Source: Candidatus Gottesmanbacteria bacterium
GTDB taxonomy: Bacteria > Patescibacteriota > Microgenomatia > UBA10105 > UBA927
Length of the DNA: 64,000 nt
Assembly (NCBI GenBank): GCA_963711735.1
Contig: CAVQFA010000003.1
Span: forward strand, 284,367 to 348,366
Direction of reading: 5' to 3'
Below, one piece after another: positions 50,601 through 58,265 of the stretch. The notes below the pieces were generated by a model that was not told the DNA's origin, made no database searches, and was given only the letters and a program-made list of their open reading frames with translations. The position numbers were made by a program, and so were the translations under genes. Position 1 is the first letter of the stretch; each line of letters begins with the position of its first letter.

Positions 50601-51353
50601 CGCGTACGTCATGCCGGAGGTATAGTCGGATTGGACGTCACCCAAGGTCTTCCCCGTGTGGAAGAACTTTTTGAAATTCGGACACCCCGGAATATGTCAC
50701 CCATATCGGAAATAGCCGGTAAGGCGGACGTCGAAGAAACCGAGCACGGATACAAAGTCACAATCCGGAACACTTCGATAAAACCTGCAGAAGAGCGGGA
50801 ATACATGATACCACTCACATCAGAGCTGAAAGTAAAAAACGGCGATCTTATTTCTACCGGGGATCAATTAGCAAACGGTAATTTGGATATTAAAGAAGTT
50901 TTACAGGTTCGGGGACTTCGAGGTGCACAAAAATATTTGATCACTGAAATCCAAAGAGTATATGAACTACAGGGTATCATGATTGCGGATAAACATTTTG
51001 AGGTTATAGTTCGCAAGATGAGTGATAAAGTGCGTATCGATAACTCAGGAGACACGACTTTACTTCCCGGCGAGCTGATTGACAGATCCAAATTCCAGGA
51101 AGAAAATGCACGGGTTCTGTCCCAGGGGGGTGAACCGGCAACAGCACAAATTATTATCCTTGGTATTACACGTGCATCGTTATATACGGAGTCGTGGTTG
51201 TCTGCAGCATCATTCCAGGAAACGACGAACGTTCTGACGGATGCCGCTCTTGCCGGCAAGGAAGATAAGTTGCTGGGTCTTAAAGAAAACGTTATAATCG
51301 GACGACTCATTCCCGTATCACCTGAGCGTGCAATTATTGGTATTAAACCATAG
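47625..51353 (+). CDS. rpoC: DNA-directed RNA polymerase subunit beta'
   Basis: Zn finger [20 protein letters not shown] and the catalytic loop NADFDGDQM. Confidence 0.95.
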   Translation: [1242 protein letters not shown]

Positions 51354-51374
51354 AGTTTATTATTTTTACAGAGT

Positions 51375-51812
51375 ATGCCGACAATAAATCAATTAGTCAG
51401 AAAAGGAAGAAAATTTAAATCAAAAAAGATAAAGGCAACAGCGCTTCGAAAGTTTTTTAATGCAAAAGACCGTTTAATGAAGCAAATGCCCTCACCGTTT
51501 AAACGCGGAGTTGTGACTGTCGTCAAAACTATGACGCCAAAAAAACCTAATTCCGCACTCAGAAAAATTGCACGTGTCCGTTTATCAAATAAACAGGAAG
51601 TTACTGCATATATTCCGGGAATCGGTCATGAATTGACAGAACACGCAATAGTATTAGTTCGGGGAGGCAGAGTCCCTGATCTTCCCGGAGTAAAGTATCA
51701 TATCGTCCGGGGTAAGTATGATTCAACCGGAGTGGCAAACAGGAAAAAAGGCAGGAGCCGTTACGGAACAAAGAGAGGAAGTACAGGACCCGTTACCGCT
51801 GCCGCCAGTTAA
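51375..51812 (+). CDS. rpsL: 30S ribosomal protein S12 (extended, 145 aa)
   Basis: [23 protein letters not shown] and [13 protein letters not shown] are present. Confidence 0.95.
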   Translation: MPTINQLVRKGRKFKSKKIKATALRKFFNAKDRLMKQMPSPFKRGVVTVVKTMTPKKPNSALRKIARVRLSNKQEVTAYIPGIGHELTEHAIVLVRGGRVPDLPGVKYHIVRGKYDSTGVANRKKGRSRYGTKRGSTGPVTAAAS

Positions 51813-51817
51813 TTTAT

Positions 51818-52297
51818 ATGCCGAGAGCAGGAAAAATCATCAAAAAAATTTCAGAACCCGATCCGGTTTACGGTAACCGTCTAGTTACGCGGTTGGTCAA
51901 CCGTATTATGGAACGCGGGAAAAAGACAGTCGCACAAGGGCTGGTATACCGAGCATTTGAAGTAATCAAAGAGAAAGGCATGGAAGATCCTATCAAAGTA
52001 CTGGATAATGCCGTAAATACAGTAGGTCCTAAAATAGAAGTTCGGCCCAGGAGAGTCGGGGGGGCTTCATACCAGGTTCCGATGGAAGTCAGGGGTGATA
52101 GGCGGGTAGCTCTTGCTTTACGGTGGATCGTAAGTTTCGCAAAAAAAAGATCAAATAAGGAGTATAAAACATATGCTGATAAGTTAGCTGCTGAGCTTAT
52201 TGATGCTGCAAACGGCGTCGGCGATGCAATAAAAAAACGGGATACGGTACACCGTATGGCCGAAGCAAACAAAGCATTTGCTCATTTCCGGTGGTAA
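51818..52297 (+). CDS. rpsG: 30S ribosomal protein S7
   Basis: MPRAGKIIKK... 159 aa with S7 core conservation. Confidence 0.95.
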   Translation: MPRAGKIIKKISEPDPVYGNRLVTRLVNRIMERGKKTVAQGLVYRAFEVIKEKGMEDPIKVLDNAVNTVGPKIEVRPRRVGGASYQVPMEVRGDRRVALALRWIVSFAKKRSNKEYKTYADKLAAELIDAANGVGDAIKKRDTVHRMAEANKAFAHFRW

Positions 52298-52424
52298 GAT
52301 TCTGCCATAATTACTGTAAACGTGTGTCAAAACAATTAGAGCTTCCCATTCAGTCAATAAAAAGAACAGCAGTTGTTGTTCTGGATCTGTTCTTATTGGT
52401 CTTGTCAAAATTAGCCAAAATGTA

Positions 52425-53738
52425 TTAACGATACAATTTCCAATCTCCGAAGACTTCATTTTTATAGACAGTTATACCATCGATACGAATCATTTTTCCC
52501 GGAGGTACATTTCGGATGAGACGTACAACAATTTGATTCTCGAGTAACGCTCGGGAAACACCTTTCATGTCCGGGTATAGGGATAGTCCAATGTACGATC
52601 TGTCCGGAATGCCGGATATAAAAGTACGGTATTTTAGTTGTCCGAGACGTATGAGCCGTTGGGATCTTTTCTTTGCGTTATATACTGATAAGGGCGCATA
52701 CTGTTTTTCCATAGACGAAGCTCTTGTATTTTTCCGGTTGCTGTAACGGAAGATATGAAACTTAGAGATAGGGTGAGTTTGCAGAAATGTGAAGGTTTCC
52801 TCAAAATTTTCTTCGGATTCACCCGGAAAACCCACAATAATATCAGTTCCTATAAGCGCATCGGGATTTACGGATGCAATCTGATTTATCCGCTCAGAAA
52901 TATATTTTTTTGTATATCCGCGGTTCATACGCAGTAAAATTTCGTCTGATGCAGATTGGATGGGAATGTGGAAAAAATGAACAAAACGATTATCATCAGA
53001 GTGATTTTTATACCACACAATAAATTCATCCGTGATACTCCACGGATGTAAAGAACCAAGACTCAGCCTGGAAACAGAGGTATTTTCCAATACGGCATCA
53101 AGAAGAATAGGCAATGATTCACCATGACCCCTCCCGATATATTCGGTATTTATTCCGGTAATGATAACTTCCTTTATTTTTGATTTATATGCACGTATGC
53201 ATTCAATAACTTCTTTTGATGATTTTGTTGTGGGTTTTCCACGAAGGTAAGGAACTATACAGTAAGAACAAAATCGTTCACATCCGTCCTGAACTTTCAG
53301 TATGAGTCTGCCGGAATCTATAAATTTATCACCTGCATTTTTTTGTTGTGTCGGTTTTATTTTTCCTGTATCTGAATGCTGTTCTGATGCTGTCGGCGGA
53401 ATGAGAAACGAGCGCAGGAGATACGGTATTTGCTGTTTGTCCGAATTGGAAACTAGAAGATCTGTCTCTCTCATACGGTAACGCTCAGTTTTCCATAATG
53501 TTGCCAGACATCCGGTAACGAGAAGTATGGTGTCAGGAAATTTTCTTCGGATACGACGTATGAACTGACGCGCCTCCCGTTCAGCTTTTCCCGTCACTGC
53601 ACACGTATTTATAATATACACGTCCGGTTTGTCATCCGAATAAATAAACCCAAATGCACGAAGCTTCCTGTCGATTGCTATTTTTTCAGCCTCGTTGACT
53701 CTGCACCCAAACGTAAAACTGGCAAATGAACGTTTCAC
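52425..53738 (-). CDS. radical-SAM methylthiotransferase, MiaB/RimO/MtaB family (possibly RimO, the S12 Asp-methylthiotransferase)
   Basis: MTTase N-domain cysteines (FGCRVN, NTCAV, TGC), radical-SAM CERFCSYCIVP, and a TRAM-like C-terminus. Confidence 0.8.
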   Translation of the reverse strand: MKRSFASFTFGCRVNEAEKIAIDRKLRAFGFIYSDDKPDVYIINTCAVTGKAEREARQFIRRIRRKFPDTILLVTGCLATLWKTERYRMRETDLLVSNSDKQQIPYLLRSFLIPPTASEQHSDTGKIKPTQQKNAGDKFIDSGRLILKVQDGCERFCSYCIVPYLRGKPTTKSSKEVIECIRAYKSKIKEVIITGINTEYIGRGHGESLPILLDAVLENTSVSRLSLGSLHPWSITDEFIVWYKNHSDDNRFVHFFHIPIQSASDEILLRMNRGYTKKYISERINQIASVNPDALIGTDIIVGFPGESEENFEETFTFLQTHPISKFHIFRYSNRKNTRASSMEKQYAPLSVYNAKKRSQRLIRLGQLKYRTFISGIPDRSYIGLSLYPDMKGVSRALLENQIVVRLIRNVPPGKMIRIDGITVYKNEVFGDWKLYR

Positions 53739-53780
53739 AACACGTATTATACGAAAAATGAACTCTCAGCATGTAATGAA

Positions 53781-53804
53781 AACTATGATGAAAGTTTCAT
53801 AGTT
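53781..53804. promoter_or_regulatory. perfect 8-bp inverted repeat AACTATGA-N8-TCATAGTT in the divergent promoter region
   Basis: Lies between the divergently transcribed methylthiotransferase and Cas4-like genes. Confidence 0.3.
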
Positions 53805-53917
53805 ATTTAGGTTCGTTCTCAGTGTGGTATGATTACGGGTATAACGGAGTATATATTTTCATTTTTATAAAGAAATGTTTTCTAAATAATTAATAATTTT
53901 CTTAGTAAATTACATCT

Positions 53918-54739
53918 ATGAAAGATAAATATTCTGCCGTGTGGGTATCTCACTCATCTATTTCCGATTATCTCAAATGTCCGAGAGCATATTACCTCGC
54001 GAATATGTACAGGGATCCGAAAACAAATCATAAAATTACCCTGATGCAACCGCCGCTGGCACTCGGGCAGGCGGTGCACGGCACAATAGAGATCATTTCC
54101 ACATTACCTCTTGAAAATCGGTTTACCGTACCTCTTGAAGAACACTTTAATCAGCTATGGGATACCGTTTCGGGCAAAAGAGGAGGATTTCGTGAAAAAG
54201 ATGAGGAAAAGAAGTTAAAAGCACGGGGACTTGCTATGATAAAAAGATTATCCGAACACCCGGGACCGTTACAGCAAAAAGCAATAAAAATTCGTCAGGA
54301 GCTCCCGTATTATTGGCTGTCAGAAGAAGACAATATCATTTTATGCGGAAAAATCGATTGGCTGGAATATCGGCAGGATTCGGATTCGGTACGTATCATT
54401 GATTTTAAAACCGGAAAATTTGATGAAGATCCGGATTCACTTCAGTTACCTATCTATTATCTCGTTACAAAACACGCTCAGACAAAAAAAATTTCCGGTC
54501 TCGCGTACTGGTATTTGGACAGGGATGATGAACCGATTGATATGGTTCTTCCTGATGAAAATGAGTCAGCAAGATTAATTACGGAAATCGCGAAAAAAAT
54601 TGCCCTTGCACGGAAACTCGGACGGTTTGTATGCCGCGAGGGCGGGTGCAGAACATGCAAACCTTTCGAAGCGATTCTTGCAGGAAAAGGAGAGTATGTA
54701 GGGGTGAATGATTTTAATGCTGATGTATATATTTTATAG
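53918..54739 (+). CDS. Cas4-like / RecB-family PD-(D/E)XK nuclease with 4-Cys Fe-S cluster signature (standalone, no CRISPR)
   Basis: N-terminal Cys (YLKCPRAYY), motif II-III (IDWLEY, IIDFKTGK), QxxxY (QLPIYYLV) and C-terminal CREGGCRTC. Confidence 0.65.
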   Translation: MKDKYSAVWVSHSSISDYLKCPRAYYLANMYRDPKTNHKITLMQPPLALGQAVHGTIEIISTLPLENRFTVPLEEHFNQLWDTVSGKRGGFREKDEEKKLKARGLAMIKRLSEHPGPLQQKAIKIRQELPYYWLSEEDNIILCGKIDWLEYRQDSDSVRIIDFKTGKFDEDPDSLQLPIYYLVTKHAQTKKISGLAYWYLDRDDEPIDMVLPDENESARLITEIAKKIALARKLGRFVCREGGCRTCKPFEAILAGKGEYVGVNDFNADVYIL

Positions 54740-54756
54740 ATACAATAGGGATTTTT

Positions 54757-55917
54757 ATGAATACAATTACGTGCAACAAATGCGGTAATATTATTGAAGT
54801 TACGGATGCTCTGGAAGAACAGGCTCGGATTTCCATAGAAAAAAAATTACGTGAAGAATCAAAAAAAGAAATAGAGCATATCCAAAAGGATGCTGAGGAA
54901 AACGCAGGGAAAAGGTTAAAGGAGCATTTTGAATTTGAAACGAAACAGCGGCAAAGTGAAATGGAAGAGATGCGTAAGTATTCGAAAAATCTTCAGGAAC
55001 AACTCCTAACGCTTACCAAAAAACTTCAGGAAGAAAAAAGCAAATCACAGGATTTGGAAATAAAGATGCGCAAAGAGCTTTTAGAAGCTCAGGATAAAAT
55101 ATTTACCCAGGCAAAAACCAAAGCAGACGAAGAGCATAAACTGACTATTTCTGAGCTCACCAAACAGATTCAGGATTTTAAAAAAGCGAATGAGGAACTG
55201 AATAAAAAATTGGATCAGCGCTCTCAACAGCTTCAGGGGGAAGTACAGGAACTTGATTTGGAATCAACGCTTCGGTCTTCGTTTCCGTTTGACGGAATCG
55301 AACCGATTGGTAAAGGCGTAAAAGGTGCAGATGTACGCCAGATAGTGCGGACACAGATAGGAAATGTTTGCGGAGTAATACTGTGGGAATCCAAACAGAC
55401 GAAAACCTGGTCAAACGAATGGTTGGGGAAACTCAAAAATGACCTGCGGGCTGAGAAAGCCAATATTCCCATTATTATATCGACGCAACTTCCGGAGGAA
55501 GCACAATCAGGTTTTGGGATGAAAGATGGTGTAGTAATAGTAGGCCCTGCATTTATTATTCCGATTGCAGAAATGATCCGGCAGCGTCTTATAGATATTG
55601 CCAGGGAGCGTTATGTACTCGCAAACAGAGGCGGAAAAGCAGAGGATCTGTATACCTATATAACCAGTCACGAATTTCGACAGCAAATAGAAGTACTCAA
55701 AGAAACGTTTGATGATATGCAGCATCAGATTATACGTGAAAGAGTTGCATATGAGAAAAGTTGGAAAACCAGAGAAGCGCAAATCACAAAATTATTTTCA
55801 AGTACTGCGCGAATGCTCGGTAGCATGCGGGGAATAATCGGACAATCATTACCGAGCGTTAAAGGATTTGAACTTGAGGGAGAACACAATGAAAACGGAA
55901 CTATGGAAGATGTTTAA
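54757..55917 (+). CDS. DUF2130-like protein: N-terminal zinc-ribbon, ~150-aa coiled coil, C-terminal PD-(D/E)XK-like domain
   Basis: ITCNKCGNI at the N-terminus. A heptad-rich, E/K/Q-rich segment follows (aa 25-170). C-terminal GADVRQIV...VILWESKQT supplies a D...ExK. Confidence 0.5.
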   Translation: MNTITCNKCGNIIEVTDALEEQARISIEKKLREESKKEIEHIQKDAEENAGKRLKEHFEFETKQRQSEMEEMRKYSKNLQEQLLTLTKKLQEEKSKSQDLEIKMRKELLEAQDKIFTQAKTKADEEHKLTISELTKQIQDFKKANEELNKKLDQRSQQLQGEVQELDLESTLRSSFPFDGIEPIGKGVKGADVRQIVRTQIGNVCGVILWESKQTKTWSNEWLGKLKNDLRAEKANIPIIISTQLPEEAQSGFGMKDGVVIVGPAFIIPIAEMIRQRLIDIARERYVLANRGGKAEDLYTYITSHEFRQQIEVLKETFDDMQHQIIRERVAYEKSWKTREAQITKLFSSTARMLGSMRGIIGQSLPSVKGFELEGEHNENGTMEDV

Positions 55918-55989
55918 CGGGATCAATCATAATTACATATTCAGTTGAAGAAATTGTTCGGATTTTAATACACTTCTTTTTTGTAATGT

Positions 55990-57126
55990 ATGCACGATCG
56001 GTATGCAAAGTACTTGCTATACAGTAGTATATGTGCCTTCGGAGTATTGAGTATTATTCTCGGAGTGTTTTTAGTAAAAAAACAAGATAAAACTCCTTTA
56101 TTTCCGTATTCATACCAGAGTATTCTTCCGCATATCCGTTTTGGATTTTTAAAAATGAAAAATGATCAGTACGTACCGGAAAAACTGTCGCTTATCAGAA
56201 TTTTTCGTGAAGACCACAGATGGATCGCCACACTTTCTGCAGACCGTATTCGTACTGTCATTGTCACAGGTGATGTTATACCGGCCCGATCCGTTAATTT
56301 TCTGTCTGTCAGTCGGAATGATTTTTTATGGCCATTTGCAAAAACGTATACCACACTTGGGAATGCAGATATTACATTTATAAATTTGGAAACACCTCTT
56401 TTTCAAAAGTGTCCGCTGACAAATGAAGGAATGATTTTTTGCGGCAGTGACAAACACGTTCAGGGCCTAATTGCTGCAGGTGTAGACGTTGCAAGTCTTG
56501 CAAATAACCATATCGGTAATTACGGAACAGATGGAATCAATGAAACGGTAAAGACTCTCATGGGAGGAAATATTACCAGTGTCGGACTTGGAAATCTCTA
56601 TGTGCGTGATATTCGGGGAGTACGATTCGGTTTTTTGGGTTTTAATGATATCGGTGTCCCTGCTTTACCGATTGCCGTGGCGGACCCTGTCACTATAGTT
56701 CGTCAGATTCGTGATGCAAAAAACCAATCAGATATTATTATCGTTGCGTTTCACTGGGGAGAAGAATATACGCGCATGCCTACCGTTCGGCAACGAGAGC
56801 TTGCACACGCTGCTATTAATGCGGGAGCAGACGTTGTTATTGGTAATCATCCGCACTGGATTCAACCACCTGAGCTATATCAGGATAAGTTCATTATGTA
56901 TGCGCACGGTAATTTTATTTTTGATCAGATGTGGTCGTATGAAACGAGAGTGGGATTGATCGGGACATATTCATTTTTTGATACATCACTCATTGACGTG
57001 TCATTTGATCCCGTATTGATTGAAAATTACGGCCAGCCCGGAATATTGAAAGGTATGGAAAGACAGAAAATTTTACGTATAATAGAAGACGCGAGTGTTG
57101 ATAATGGCATAAGTAAGGTACAATGA
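55990..57126 (+). CDS. CapA/PgsA-family metallophosphoesterase (poly-gamma-glutamate capsule synthesis-like), membrane anchored
   Basis: NLETPL, ANNH, FHWGEEY and GNHPHW motifs. Confidence 0.7.
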   Translation: MHDRYAKYLLYSSICAFGVLSIILGVFLVKKQDKTPLFPYSYQSILPHIRFGFLKMKNDQYVPEKLSLIRIFREDHRWIATLSADRIRTVIVTGDVIPARSVNFLSVSRNDFLWPFAKTYTTLGNADITFINLETPLFQKCPLTNEGMIFCGSDKHVQGLIAAGVDVASLANNHIGNYGTDGINETVKTLMGGNITSVGLGNLYVRDIRGVRFGFLGFNDIGVPALPIAVADPVTIVRQIRDAKNQSDIIIVAFHWGEEYTRMPTVRQRELAHAAINAGADVVIGNHPHWIQPPELYQDKFIMYAHGNFIFDQMWSYETRVGLIGTYSFFDTSLIDVSFDPVLIENYGQPGILKGMERQKILRIIEDASVDNGISKVQ

Positions 57127-57755
57127 TAGAAAGACATATGAATTCTGATCAGACATTGGCAAAAGCCCAGATTGGATATTATCAGGAACTTATTTTCCTA
57201 TCTCCGAAGGCGGAAGCGGCAACCGGACAAATTACTAAATCAGCTGTAACTGATACAGCACCGGTTCCGGTACTTGCTCCGTATATGATGTATCTTCCGT
57301 TTGTTGTATTTTTCCTTCTCTTTATCGGTGTGTTTGCCATGCAGATTGTGAATAAAGTGAAAAGCGCAAGACAAATTATGATGGCATTTCTCTTTGCACT
57401 TGTTACAGCCGGAACTCCGTTTATTGTAACAATGCTGAATATGGGTATTGTGTTTCAGGCCAAAGCCGGTCCTGACGAGATACCGCGGAATATTCGTATC
57501 ATCTCCCAGTCGCCCGAATCGTTGCGCGTCATCTGGAGTACGGATGCTAAAAAAATCGGATCAGTGAAAGTGAAGGATATGTCGCATACACCATATACTG
57601 AACGTATTATTATCGGAAACTTCGGCGAACAAGTACAGGATCATCTGGTTAATATAGACGGTGTTCCGCGTGGAGCATCGTATGAAATGGAAATTTTTTC
57701 CGGAACCACGTGGTATGATAACCAGGGCAAACCTATCCAAATACAGTTAAAGTAG
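57123..57755 (+). CDS. membrane protein with C-terminal FN3/Ig-like domain, hypothetical
   Basis: Two TM segments followed by LRVIWSTDAKKIG...YEMEIFSG. The ATG overlaps the capA stop. Confidence 0.35.
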   Translation: MIERHMNSDQTLAKAQIGYYQELIFLSPKAEAATGQITKSAVTDTAPVPVLAPYMMYLPFVVFFLLFIGVFAMQIVNKVKSARQIMMAFLFALVTAGTPFIVTMLNMGIVFQAKAGPDEIPRNIRIISQSPESLRVIWSTDAKKIGSVKVKDMSHTPYTERIIIGNFGEQVQDHLVNIDGVPRGASYEMEIFSGTTWYDNQGKPIQIQLK

Positions 57756-57784
57756 TGAAGCATTTCTTCCGTCACAAACAAGTC

Positions 57785-58096
57785 ATGAATGTACAGGACC
57801 GTATATACCGTGTTGTGAAACAGATTCCAAAGGGTTATGTGCTCAGATATAAAGACGTAGCAACCTTATCCGGTTGCCCAAGCCCACGAACTGTTGGCAG
57901 TATTCTTCATCGAAATCCTTCTCCGGGTACCATTCCATGTCATAGGGTGGTGCATGCAAGCGGAGAGTGTGCCGTAGGGTACGCGTTTGGCGGAAAAAGC
58001 GGACAGGAGGCGAAATTACGAACAGAGGGAGTTTCTTTCCGTCACGGAAAAGTGATTATGGGTGAATCCTTATGGAAGAGTGTTGTGTATGAATAA
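57785..58096 (+). CDS. MGMT-like alkyltransferase domain protein (O6-alkylguanine-DNA alkyltransferase C-terminal domain only)
   Basis: YKDVATLSG...HRNPSPGTIPCHRVV contains the active-site PCHRV. It may instead start at the GTG at 57755. Confidence 0.65.
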   Translation: MNVQDRIYRVVKQIPKGYVLRYKDVATLSGCPSPRTVGSILHRNPSPGTIPCHRVVHASGECAVGYAFGGKSGQEAKLRTEGVSFRHGKVIMGESLWKSVVYE

Positions 58097-58165
58097 TTCG
58101 TACGTTTTATTACTGGACACCCGCAGGTAAATTTTATACAATTGGATAAAGAGTTATGAAGCATT

Positions 58166-58194
58166 AGCTGCTTCGGAAACGGAGCAGTTTTTTG
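58166..58194 (+). terminator. rho-independent terminator ending the inserted operon
   Basis: CTGCTTC-GGAAAC-GGAGCAG stem-loop followed by TTTTTT. Confidence 0.55.
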
Positions 58195-58265
58195 TTGTTG
58201 CATAAAATTGTGCATGATTGATCGGGATTACTTTGAAATCATTTCGCAATGTATGCAAAGAAACT

